A DNA stretch of 64,000 bases from Oscillospiraceae bacterium (lineage in GTDB: Bacteria > Bacillota > Clostridia > Oscillospirales > QAMX01), in the NCBI GenBank assembly GCA_015067675.1, contig SVMB01000002.1, positions 1,315 to 65,314 on the forward strand. Reading direction: 5' to 3'. The notes beneath the pieces are model-generated. The model was not told where the DNA came from and searched no databases. It worked only from the letters and a program-made list of their open reading frames with translations. A program made the position numbers and the translations under genes. Shown in pieces: positions 1-8,655 of this stretch. The first letter of the stretch is position 1, and each line of letters opens with the position of its first letter.

Positions 1-1
1 C

Positions 2-730
2 AACATCGCCGTCACCTACTCCATCGCCAACTTCCCCACCCTGCGCTGCCTTGAGCAGATCCGCAACGATGTCTGCTATCACAACGTCAACGTCAAGATC
101 GTCATCATCGGCGGCGGCGTCAGCTACGGTCCTCTGGGCGTGTCTCACCACTCCACCGAGGATATCGCCATCATGCGTGCTCTGCCCAACATCGTGGTCT
201 GCGCTCCCTGCGATACCATCGAAGCCGAGGCTGCCACCCGCGCCATGATCGCCCACAACGGTCCCTTCTACTATCGCTGCGGCTACAAGAACGAGAAGGA
301 TATCCATGAGGGTCCCATCAACTTCGAGCTCGGAAAGGCCATCCGCGTCAAGGAAGGAACTGACTGCACCGTCATCTTCACCGGCCCCATCGGCTACGAT
401 GCCAAGTGCGCCGTGGAAGAGCTGGCCAAGGAAGGCATCAACTGCCGTCTGGTCAGCATGCACACCATCAAGCCCATCGACCGCGCCGAGATCATCGCTG
501 CGGCAAAGGAAACCGGCCGTATCCTGACCATCGAAGAGCACAATCTCTCCGGGGGCCTGGGTAGCGCGGTTGCCGAAGTGCTGGCTGATGAAGGCTGCAT
601 CTGCAAGTTCCGGCGCATGGCGTTCCCGGATGTGAACGTATCGCTGGTCGGTCACCAGGAGTGGCTGCGCAAGCAGTACGGCATGGGCGTGGACGACATG
701 GTCAACGCTGTGAAGGAACTGGTCAAGTAA
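2..730 (+). CDS. transketolase, C-terminal subunit (5' end outside window)
   Basis: Frame is open from the window edge. Translation ...GGGVSYGPLGVSHHSTEDIAIMRALPNIVVCAPCD...IKPIDRAEII...EEHNLSGGLGSAVAEVL looks like the C-terminal half of split transketolases. The ORF-track start at 140 is an internal GTG. Confidence 0.85.
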   Translation, partial: NIAVTYSIANFPTLRCLEQIRNDVCYHNVNVKIVIIGGGVSYGPLGVSHHSTEDIAIMRALPNIVVCAPCDTIEAEAATRAMIAHNGPFYYRCGYKNEKDIHEGPINFELGKAIRVKEGTDCTVIFTGPIGYDAKCAVEELAKEGINCRLVSMHTIKPIDRAEIIAAAKETGRILTIEEHNLSGGLGSAVAEVLADEGCICKFRRMAFPDVNVSLVGHQEWLRKQYGMGVDDMVNAVKELVK

Positions 731-739
731 ACAGTTATA

Positions 740-777
740 CCCAGGCGTCCGACTCTGTGCGGACGCCTGGGTTTTTC
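740..777 (+). terminator. intrinsic terminator after transketolase gene
   Basis: acccaggcgtccg-actctgtg-cggacgcctgggt followed by TTTTT. Confidence 0.7.
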
Positions 778-793
778 GTTCCGGCTCCATTGC

Positions 794-826
794 AAAAGAC
801 TCGCTGCGGCTGCAGCGAGTCTTTTT
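794..826 (-). terminator. intrinsic terminator of the CE15-like gene
   Basis: aaaagactcgctgc-ggc-tgcagcgagtcttttt, just downstream of the minus-strand stop at 832. Confidence 0.6.
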
Positions 827-831
827 CTTCT

Positions 832-2169
832 CTATTTTCCGAAAACCTCGTCGGCAAAGCTGTAAAACTGTTCCCAGTCATACGGGGTGATGGAATGGGA
901 GCCGGTTTTCACGTGATACCGCACCCGATCACCGATGGGCGTATCCACCGGCGGCATTTCAAAGCTCTCAAGGCCGCGATGACCGTACAGATTCCAAACC
1001 TTGGAGGCATGAGCAGTGGCCAGAAACGTTCCGTGGGGATCCGCGTTGAGATCCCGGGAAGAACTGGTCACATACAGTGCCCGTGGTGCAATCAGACCCA
1101 GCAGCTGATGGGTGTCAAAGGGCAGTTCATATTCCCGTCCTGCGCTATAGCGGATCACACTGCTGCAGGCCCAGAACGAACAGCGGCCGATGGAGAGGAT
1201 ATCGATGCGGCCGCCAAAGTGGCGCCGCAGCAGAGGCGCTCCGCCCTGCCCGGAGTTATTGACGCAGACCAGTCCGAACCGTGAATCGTTGATGCCCGCC
1301 CACATGGAAGCGCTGCCAAGCCGGCTTTGTCCCACGCAGGCAAGCTTTGATGCATCCACCAGCGGGATCTGTTCCAATGCGTCCGCCATACGGCTGTAAC
1401 CCCAGGCCCAGCCGCTGTAGGCGGCATAATCCCTGCGTCTGCCGTCTTTCCATTCCTGAACCGGCACCTCATAGTCAGGACGCAGGTCATCCATGTACAG
1501 CGAGTAGCAGCTCCTGCGTGCCCCGTCGGGATTGTCGGGGAATATCTCCCCGTAACAGGCCGTGGCAATGGCATAGCCCCGCCGGATGCATTCCTTATAA
1601 TTCATCCGGTCCATGGCATACGCCCGCCGTTGGGGATTCTCGCTGACCGTACAGATATTGCCCGGGGCACGTCCCGGCGCCCGGGTCGGCAGCACGTCCA
1701 AATCGGGCGTGGAGCCCTGATTACCGTAGAAATTCTCCACTACAAATACCGGCGGAGGTGTTTTTGCGTTTGCCGGTACATAGAGCATCATATCAAAGTC
1801 AAAGGATCTGCCGTTATCCATACGGCAATAGATCCGGTATTCCCGGCGCAGGGCAGTACCGTCAAGAGCATCCTTTCTCTCCGCCAGCAGCTTCAGTTCA
1901 AGCTTGTCGGGCGCCGGAGGTACGATACCGTAGAGACAGTCCTTTGCGTCCTGCAAAATCCCTGCACGCTGTGCTTCCCACTGCTCAAGCGTATCCGAAA
2001 TCGGCGGCAGAGTATAGGGCGGTACTTTGCTTTCGTCGTAATTGGCCCGGCGAAAGTACTCTTCCTCCTGCAGCATCGAAGCATGGATTACCGCCTCACA
2101 CAGTTCGGGATGGTCGGGAACACGGGGACGATTTTCGTGAAGATCGGGATGCATCGGTTCTTTCATCAT
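832..2169 (-). CDS. alpha/beta hydrolase, glucuronoyl-esterase (CE15)-like
   Basis: GQSRLGSASMW resembles the CE15 G-C-S-R-x-G nucleophile motif, in an alpha/beta-hydrolase-like sequence. ATG at 2169 lies 6 nt after GGAAAGGAA; the ORF-track start at 2175 is GTG. No signal peptide by eye. Confidence 0.6.
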   Translation of the reverse strand: MMKEPMHPDLHENRPRVPDHPELCEAVIHASMLQEEEYFRRANYDESKVPPYTLPPISDTLEQWEAQRAGILQDAKDCLYGIVPPAPDKLELKLLAERKDALDGTALRREYRIYCRMDNGRSFDFDMMLYVPANAKTPPPVFVVENFYGNQGSTPDLDVLPTRAPGRAPGNICTVSENPQRRAYAMDRMNYKECIRRGYAIATACYGEIFPDNPDGARRSCYSLYMDDLRPDYEVPVQEWKDGRRRDYAAYSGWAWGYSRMADALEQIPLVDASKLACVGQSRLGSASMWAGINDSRFGLVCVNNSGQGGAPLLRRHFGGRIDILSIGRCSFWACSSVIRYSAGREYELPFDTHQLLGLIAPRALYVTSSSRDLNADPHGTFLATAHASKVWNLYGHRGLESFEMPPVDTPIGDRVRYHVKTGSHSITPYDWEQFYSFADEVFGK

Positions 2170-2295
2170 TCGCACTTCCTTTCCGGGATGTCTCCCGCAT
2201 CAAGCAATGCGGTGTTGGTCTCAAGCGGAAAATACAAAAGCCGGATAATATCAAGTCTGGCAAAGCCATGAAAACAGGCTTTGCCAGACTGTCAC

Positions 2296-3609
2296 CTACC
2301 GCGCTTTCAGTTCTTTTGTCAGGGAAACGCCGGTTTCAATGAGCTTTTCGGCCACGCCGGACTTAAAACGGGAGCTGATGGTCTCATAGCTGCCGCTGTC
2401 AAAGGTGTCGCGGGTGGGGAAATATCCCTCGCTGCCGTTGGTGTTGCAGCAGGGAATGGTCATGGCGAAGGGAGACCCCTCTTTTATGGCACGGCCGATC
2501 TCGGTGAAGGGTTCACCGGGCAGTCCAACGAAGGCAACCTCGCCAAACCCCACGCAGGTCACATGGAGATCCAGAAATTCCGGCGCATTTTCGACCCAGA
2601 TGATGCGCTGTGCATGGGGCAGACTCACGATGCCGGGGCAGGCTTTGGCTGCGGCCTCGGCGCCGGATTCGGCGTGGATACGCGCATATTCGTGGGCTTT
2701 TTTGACCTCTTCCGCCGTTCCGCGATTGGGAGGCACCAGAGCAGACACCTGACGGAAGAATACCCGGTCGGAGGCGACGGGGACAGTCTGGGAATAGACT
2801 GCCAGAACGCCGCCGGCGATGGCACGGCCCATGTGCCGGGAGTGGGCATAGCCCTTTGTGAGACTGCCCATACGGTTGATATGGTTGGTATCGCCCTGGG
2901 CACCGTTGAAGTAGACGGCGTGAACACCTTTACCGTCCTTTTCATCGGCAAGTGCGCTTTCCAGTATACGGCGGACAAAGCCCGGATAGTCCGCGCTGAA
3001 CTTTGTGCCGCCGATGACGTCGGGATGCACCTGGAAGTTGACGATGGCGATGTCAGCGGCGTCCTCGCGCACGATTTTGACCAGCTGCACCGTCTCATCG
3101 GCAGTTCCCACCGGTCTCACCACATCGGGATCCGGGCCGGGATTCATCTTCACCGTACCGTCCTTCATCAGGAAGCGGCGGATGAAGGCCACATCCCTGA
3201 CCGTACCGCGTGCAATTTCGACGCTTGCCTCACACATATCGTCGATGGCCAGCGCGATGACGTCGGAAACCCGGTCAAAGAAGTATTCGTTATAGGAAGG
3301 ATTGGTTTTAAAAAGCATACCCTCGTCGATCTGCGGACCGGTATGGGTGTGGGTACAGGAGAGAAAAATTGCCTCCATGGGGATGCCGTTTTTCCCGGCA
3401 GCCCGTCGGCGGATGATGTCCGTCGTCACCTGCAAAAGCTCCAGCACGTCCATGCTCACGGCAACCGCCGTGTGCTCACCGTCGGAGAAGGCCACGGCAT
3501 TGACCTGCAGGGGATCGAGAATCCCGTCGGCGATGCGCTCACTGTAGTAACCCACGATACGGGTACCGAAAGGCGGGGTAATATCAAGTCTGGCAAAGCC
3601 TGCTTTCAT
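2296..3609 (-). CDS. neutral/alkaline ceramidase-like N-terminal-domain protein (paralog 1)
   Basis: MKAGFARLDITPP...SCTHTHTGP... resembles the neutral ceramidase N-terminal domain family. AGGAGG precedes the ATG. Sits 19 nt downstream of paralog 2. Confidence 0.6.
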   Translation of the reverse strand: MKAGFARLDITPPFGTRIVGYYSERIADGILDPLQVNAVAFSDGEHTAVAVSMDVLELLQVTTDIIRRRAAGKNGIPMEAIFLSCTHTHTGPQIDEGMLFKTNPSYNEYFFDRVSDVIALAIDDMCEASVEIARGTVRDVAFIRRFLMKDGTVKMNPGPDPDVVRPVGTADETVQLVKIVREDAADIAIVNFQVHPDVIGGTKFSADYPGFVRRILESALADEKDGKGVHAVYFNGAQGDTNHINRMGSLTKGYAHSRHMGRAIAGGVLAVYSQTVPVASDRVFFRQVSALVPPNRGTAEEVKKAHEYARIHAESGAEAAAKACPGIVSLPHAQRIIWVENAPEFLDLHVTCVGFGEVAFVGLPGEPFTEIGRAIKEGSPFAMTIPCCNTNGSEGYFPTRDTFDSGSYETISSRFKSGVAEKLIETGVSLTKELKAR

Positions 3610-3628
3610 GGATTTGCCCTCCTGTCAC

Positions 3629-4939
3629 TTACTGCGCTTTGAGTTCCTTGGTCAGCGCAACACTGGTCTCGATGAGCGCTTCGGCGACACCGGCCTTGAA
3701 GTTGGAGCTGCCGGCCTCGTAGCCGCCCTCGGCGAAGCAGTCATACATCGGATAGTAGCCCTGATAGCCGTTGGCGCAGCAGCAGGGAATGGTCATGGTG
3801 AAGGGAGACTGTTTCTTGATGCCGCGGCCGATGTCGGTGAAGGGCTCACCGGGCAGGCCTGCAAAGATAACATCACCAAAGCCCACGCAGGTCAGATACA
3901 GACCGTAGGAATCAGGCTCGTTTTCCAGACGGATGAGACGGTTGATCTGGCCCAGAGCCATGGGGACCTTGGTCTCGCGGCGGAACGCCACGGGATCCTT
4001 ATCGTAAAGCGCACGCAGAACCTTGGCCTGGGCAACTTCCTCGGCGGTACCCTTATTGGCGGGGACTTCGATGACCTTCTGACCGTAGACGACGCGGTCG
4101 GAGGCGACGGGAGTCGTATAAGAGTAGACGGAAAGCACAGCACCGGCGATGACACGGCCCATGTGCTGGGAATGATCAAGACCCTTGGCACGGCGGGCCT
4201 TGATGTTGATGTGGTTGGTATCACCCTGGGCACCGTTGAAGTAGACAACATGGACACCCTTGCCGTCCTTTTCACCGGCAAGCGCACCTTCCAGCGTGCG
4301 GCGCACAAAGCCCGGATAGTCCGAGCAGAATTTGCAGCCGCCGATGACGTCGGGATGGACCTGGAAGTTGACGATGGCGATGTCGGCAGCGTCCTCGCGG
4401 ACGATCTTGACCAACTGTACGGTCTCGTCGGGAGTACCGATGGGGCCGACCACGTTGGGGTCATTGCCGGGATTGGTATGGGCGGTACCATCCTTCATAC
4501 GATAGCGGCGCACGAACGAAATGCCCTTGGCCTCGCTGCGGGCGATCTCGACGGTGGCTTCCTTCATATCGGCAATCGCCAGAGAGATGGCGTCGGAGAT
4601 GCGGTTAAAGAGATAGTCGTTATAATGAGGATCGTTGGGGAAGAGGCGTCCGGCACTGATTTCGGGACCGGTATGGGTATGCGTGCAGGCAACGAATACG
4701 GCTTCGTAGGGGATGTTGTTATTCTCGGCGGCACGCTTGCGGATGATATCCATCTCGACCTGACGGATGCCGATCACGTCGAGGCTGACGACGGCAGCGG
4801 TCTTTTCACCGTCGGAAAAGGCTACGGCATGGGCCTGCAGGGGATCGATGATGCCGTTTGCGCGGCGCTCTTCAAAGTAACCAGAGATTCTGGTACCAAA
4901 CGGAGGGGTGATATCCAGTCTTGCAAATCCGGCTTTCAT
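3629..4939 (-). CDS. neutral/alkaline ceramidase-like N-terminal-domain protein (paralog 2)
   Basis: Colinear with 2296-3609 over its full length, roughly 60% aa identity by eye. The identical block TVQLVKIVREDAADIAIVNFQVHPDVIGG carries synonymous nucleotide differences. Confidence 0.6.
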   Translation of the reverse strand: MKAGFARLDITPPFGTRISGYFEERRANGIIDPLQAHAVAFSDGEKTAAVVSLDVIGIRQVEMDIIRKRAAENNNIPYEAVFVACTHTHTGPEISAGRLFPNDPHYNDYLFNRISDAISLAIADMKEATVEIARSEAKGISFVRRYRMKDGTAHTNPGNDPNVVGPIGTPDETVQLVKIVREDAADIAIVNFQVHPDVIGGCKFCSDYPGFVRRTLEGALAGEKDGKGVHVVYFNGAQGDTNHINIKARRAKGLDHSQHMGRVIAGAVLSVYSYTTPVASDRVVYGQKVIEVPANKGTAEEVAQAKVLRALYDKDPVAFRRETKVPMALGQINRLIRLENEPDSYGLYLTCVGFGDVIFAGLPGEPFTDIGRGIKKQSPFTMTIPCCCANGYQGYYPMYDCFAEGGYEAGSSNFKAGVAEALIETSVALTKELKAQ

Positions 4940-5084
4940 GTTGTGTCCATCCTTTCAAGTGGTAAATGTCAGTTCAGATTATCTGCGATGAAATCCGCAC
5001 GGAATCATGATTCCCGCGCAAGTACAGTATAACGTAGTTGATTTGATTCGTCAATGATGTTTTTCAGATGATATACTGTCCCGC

Positions 5085-5113
5085 TTGCACGTACCGGCAG
5101 AGTCTGCTATACT
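5085..5113 (+). promoter_or_regulatory. sigma-70-type promoter for the Ntn-hydrolase gene
   Basis: TTGCAC-17 nt-TATACT. Confidence 0.45.
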
Positions 5114-5205
5114 GGATAAAACAGGAAATTCCCTGCAGCTGTTTTCCCTCGTCCGAATGGGGTACAATACCTGTGAATCACAGCATACTGAAAGGAACAT
5201 CCGCC

Positions 5206-6180
5206 ATGTGTACAGCTATTACCGATAAAACCTGCGGCTTTTACTTCGGCCGCACGCTGGATCATCCCTTTTCCTACGGCGAAGAGGTGGCCATCACGCC
5301 GCGAGACTATCCCTTCCTCTGGAGAAACGGAACCAAACTGACAAATCACTTCGCCATGATCGGCATGGCTCACGTTGCAGGAGACTATCCGCTTTACTAC
5401 GACGCAGTGAACGAAAAGGGGCTCTGCATCGCAGGGCTCAATTTTCCCGGCAATGCCGTCTATGAGCAGCCCTCGGCCGACCGTGAAAACGTGGCGGTCT
5501 TTGAGCTGATTCCGTGGCTGCTGTCGCAGTTTGAGAGCACGGCACAGGTACGTGCCGCCTTCGGGCACATCTGCCTTGCGGACATTCCCTTCAGCCGTGA
5601 GCTTCCCACCGCCACGCTCCACTGGATGATTGCCGACCGGAATGAGACCATCGTGGTAGAGTCCATGGCCGACGGGCTGCATATTTACGACAATCCTGTG
5701 GGGGTGATGACCAACAACCCGCCGTTTGATGAACAGCTTTCAGGGCTTACCGATTATCTGCACCTGACGCCCAAAGAACCCGAATGCAGTTTCTGTCCCG
5801 GACTGAAACTTTCCTCCCGCAGCCTTGGCACGGGCGCCGTCGGGCTGCCGGGGGACCTTTCCTCCCGCTCACGCTTCATACGCGCGGCTTTCATGCGCGG
5901 CAATTCCGTATCCGGTGAGTCGGAAGAAGAAAGCGTCGGCCAGTTTTTTCACATTCTGGGCTCGGTGGAGCATCTGCGCGGTGCCTGCGTCACGCCGGAC
6001 GGCTCCCACGAGATCACCGTCTACACTTCCTGCTGCAGTGCGGACCGCGGGATCTACTACTACACCACCTACGAAAACCGGCAGATCACAGCAGTCGACA
6101 TGCACCGTGAAAATCTGGACGGACAGTCCCTTGTCCGGTATCCGCTGGTAACCGTGCAGCAGATCAGGCGGCAGAATTAA
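5206..6180 (+). CDS. choloylglycine hydrolase family (bile salt hydrolase / penicillin V acylase type Ntn hydrolase)
   Basis: MCTAITDKTCGFYFGRTLDH: Cys2 nucleophile followed by the GR..D motif. GAAAGGAA SD sits 8 nt upstream of the ATG at 5206. The ORF-track start at 5068 has no SD. Confidence 0.8.
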   Translation: MCTAITDKTCGFYFGRTLDHPFSYGEEVAITPRDYPFLWRNGTKLTNHFAMIGMAHVAGDYPLYYDAVNEKGLCIAGLNFPGNAVYEQPSADRENVAVFELIPWLLSQFESTAQVRAAFGHICLADIPFSRELPTATLHWMIADRNETIVVESMADGLHIYDNPVGVMTNNPPFDEQLSGLTDYLHLTPKEPECSFCPGLKLSSRSLGTGAVGLPGDLSSRSRFIRAAFMRGNSVSGESEEESVGQFFHILGSVEHLRGACVTPDGSHEITVYTSCCSADRGIYYYTTYENRQITAVDMHRENLDGQSLVRYPLVTVQQIRRQN

Positions 6181-6224
6181 CGTTTTTCCGCCGCATATCT
6201 CCAACTCTGCGGTGTTTTGTACCC

Positions 6225-6253
6225 TTGGCAAACGCCGCAATCTATGCTACAAT
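6225..6253 (+). promoter_or_regulatory. promoter of the response regulator-kinase-MBL operon
   Basis: TTGGCA-17 nt-TACAAT, with a TG dinucleotide in extended -10 position. Confidence 0.45.
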
Positions 6254-6284
6254 CAAAGAAAACGCCGAAACGGAGGGATTGGGA

Positions 6285-6986
6285 ATGACATTGCGGATCG
6301 CGGTCTGCGACGACGACGCGGCAGCGGCGGAGTGGATGCGCGGACAGGCAGACGCCTGGGCACAGGGGTGCGGTATGCAGGCAAGCGTGGATACCTTCCC
6401 GTCCGCCGAGTGTTTTCTGCGTGACGCCGGGGCAAATCCCGGCTACGACATCCTGCTGCTGGACGTGGAGATGGACGAAATCTCCGGTATCGATCTGGCC
6501 AAGCGCATCCGTCAGACGGATCGGCACGCCGAAATCATCTTCGTCACCTCGCACTTTGAATTTTGCGGCGAGGGCTACGAGGTGGACGCGCTGCATTACC
6601 TGATCAAGCCCGTGGCAGCGGAAAAGCTCGCCGAGGTGCTCTCCCGGGCAGCGGATAAGCTCAGCGTCAGCCTGCGCACCGTGGTCATTTCAGCCGACGG
6701 CGAGACCGTCCGGCTGCGGGAGGATGACATTCTCTATGTCGAAGCCTTCGCCCATTATATTGCCGTACACGCCAAAAGCGGCGTTTTCCAGACCCGCGAG
6801 AATATCTCGTCCTTCGCCGACCATCTTGGCAACGGCTTTTTCCGGCTCCACCGCAGCTACCTCGCCTCTCTTCGCCATATCGTGAAGATCACCCGCACGG
6901 AGGTGGAGCTCTCCGACGGCTCCATGCTCCCGGTGGCGCGCGGACGCTACGATGAGCTGAACCGGGCATTTATCGAGTGTTATTGA
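6285..6986 (+). CDS. LytTR/AgrA-family response regulator
   Basis: Receiver domain (ILLLDVEMDEISGIDLAK) plus C-terminal LytTR domain (ILYVEAFAHYIAVHA...FFRLHRSYLASL). GGAGGGA SD before the ATG at 6285. Confidence 0.85.
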   Translation: MTLRIAVCDDDAAAAEWMRGQADAWAQGCGMQASVDTFPSAECFLRDAGANPGYDILLLDVEMDEISGIDLAKRIRQTDRHAEIIFVTSHFEFCGEGYEVDALHYLIKPVAAEKLAEVLSRAADKLSVSLRTVVISADGETVRLREDDILYVEAFAHYIAVHAKSGVFQTRENISSFADHLGNGFFRLHRSYLASLRHIVKITRTEVELSDGSMLPVARGRYDELNRAFIECY

Positions 6987-6994
6987 GGTGCGCC

Positions 6995-7645
6995 ATGAGA
7001 AAGAAAACATGGATCCGGCTTATGGAATACCAGACCGAGCAGTCGGCCAAACATCTGGGCGAGGTGCGCAGCATCTATCAGGAGATGCGCGGCTATAAAC
7101 ACGACTTCCACCATCACCTGCAGACGCTGAAGGGTCAGCTTGCCGCGGGCGATGTGGAACGTGCCCGGGCTTACATAGAAGAACTGGACCAGAAGCTGAT
7201 GGGCGTGGATACGCTGCTCAAGACCGGCAACGTGACGCTGGATGTGATCCTGTCGGCAAAGATTGCTCAGGCAAAAGCCGCGGGGATTGCCGTGACGGTG
7301 AAGGCAAGCGTGCCCGACGAGCTCACGGTTTCGGACGTGGAGCTGTCGATCATCGTGGGAAATCTCCTTGACAATGCCATTGAAGCCTGTCTCGGCGCAG
7401 CCGAAGGCCGATTTATCCGGCTGTATCTGTCGATGAAGGGGAAAATGCTCTACTTTTCCATGCTCAACACCTCCGGTGAAAAGCAGCAAAAACAGGGAAA
7501 TCTCTTCTCCACCCGCAAAAAGGGCATGCATGGCTTCGGGCTCAAGCGCGCCGAGTCGATTCTCGACGCCCACGGCGGCTGGGTGAAATACAACTCCGAG
7601 GACGGCGCTTTTTCCACGGAATTTCTGGTACCGGCGCTGCGATAA
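6995..7645 (+). CDS. GHKL (AgrC/SpoOB-type) histidine kinase core without membrane sensor domain
   Basis: H-box RGYKHDFHHHLQTL is followed by the ATPase motifs NLLDNAIEA and GMHGFGL. No hydrophobic segments. GAGGTG SD before the ATG at 6995. Confidence 0.75.
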   Translation: MRKKTWIRLMEYQTEQSAKHLGEVRSIYQEMRGYKHDFHHHLQTLKGQLAAGDVERARAYIEELDQKLMGVDTLLKTGNVTLDVILSAKIAQAKAAGIAVTVKASVPDELTVSDVELSIIVGNLLDNAIEACLGAAEGRFIRLYLSMKGKMLYFSMLNTSGEKQQKQGNLFSTRKKGMHGFGLKRAESILDAHGGWVKYNSEDGAFSTEFLVPALR

Positions 7646-7668
7646 GCGGCCCGGTGAGGGAGGATCAT

Positions 7669-8481
7669 ATGGGAAAGAACGAATTTATTCTGGTGCGCAA
7701 CGCTACCTCGCACTATATGCAGAGCCATATCATCCGTGAGGAAAGCGGTAAAATCCTGGTGGTGGACGGCGGTACCCGCAACGACGCCCGGTATCTGCTC
7801 TCACAGCTCAAAGCCATCACCGGGCAGGCAGTTCCCCACATTGCCGGGTGGTTTTTCACCCATCCGCACAGCGACCATATGCATTGTTTCTTCGAGATCA
7901 TGGAAACCATGTCCGACGAGATCGAATTTGATGCCATCTACTGCAATTTCCCGCCCGCGGACTATTTTGGCATCAGTACGACGCAGGAAACCGTGGATCG
8001 GTTCCGGGAGCTGGCCCCCCGCTTCGCCGATAAGATCGTGACACTTCACGAGGGCGATGTGGTCAGCATCGGTACCTGTTCCTTCGAGGTACTCTATACC
8101 CCGGATCTGTCCATCACAGAAAACCGTGGGAACAACGCATCCACCGTCATCCGGCTGCAGCTGGGGGAAAAATCCTTCCTGCTGCTGGGCGATCTGGGAC
8201 TGGAGGGCGGAGAAGCGCTGCTTCGGCGTCATGCCAACCGGCTGAAGAGTGATTACTGTCAGGTCAGCCATCACGGGCAGCGCGGCTGCGGTCGGGAGGT
8301 CTACGCCGCAATCGCCCCCAGGGGCTGCATCTGGACAGCGCCCGACTGGCTCTGGGACAAGAAGAAAAACGAGTTCCGCTTCGATGTCAATCTCATTGAG
8401 GTGGAGTGGAACTGGATGCGCGAGCTGGGCGTAAAAGAGCACTTCGTTGTCCATTCCGGCGACGTGCGCATTGAATGCTGA
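7669..8481 (+). CDS. MBL-fold metallo-hydrolase
   Basis: THPHSDH (HxHxDH) motif. GAGGGAGGA SD before the ATG at 7669. Confidence 0.8.
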   Translation: MGKNEFILVRNATSHYMQSHIIREESGKILVVDGGTRNDARYLLSQLKAITGQAVPHIAGWFFTHPHSDHMHCFFEIMETMSDEIEFDAIYCNFPPADYFGISTTQETVDRFRELAPRFADKIVTLHEGDVVSIGTCSFEVLYTPDLSITENRGNNASTVIRLQLGEKSFLLLGDLGLEGGEALLRRHANRLKSDYCQVSHHGQRGCGREVYAAIAPRGCIWTAPDWLWDKKKNEFRFDVNLIEVEWNWMRELGVKEHFVVHSGDVRIEC

Positions 8482-8655
8482 GAGAGCTGCAGACAACAGC
8501 TGTCTAAGAGGTGCACAGTATGTATGAACTTGTGTTCAAACATCCGTGCATCTCTTTTTTTGAAAAATTTTTTCAAAATCACTGCGACAAAACACCCTCC
8601 TCATACGACTAATATGTGACAAGCCGCAAAAGCGTACGAAAAGGAGGTCAAATCC

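Noticed and set aside
2281-5032. Long plus-strand ORFs (453 aa at 2281-3642, 474 aa at 3608-5032) covering the ceramidase-like genes
   Set aside because: They are antisense shadows typical of GC-rich DNA. The translations are low-complexity (G/A/D/H/R-rich) with no recognisable motifs or SDs. The minus-strand ORFs have family motifs, SDs and paralogous colinearity.
6230-6270. Direct repeat aaacgccgCaa / aaacgccgAaa around the response-regulator promoter as an autoregulatory LytTR site
   Set aside because: Spacing is 30 bp, not the 21-bp LytTR phasing. The sequence is unrelated to the TTCGTGCCCG repeats, and one copy lies downstream of the -10. Probably fortuitous.
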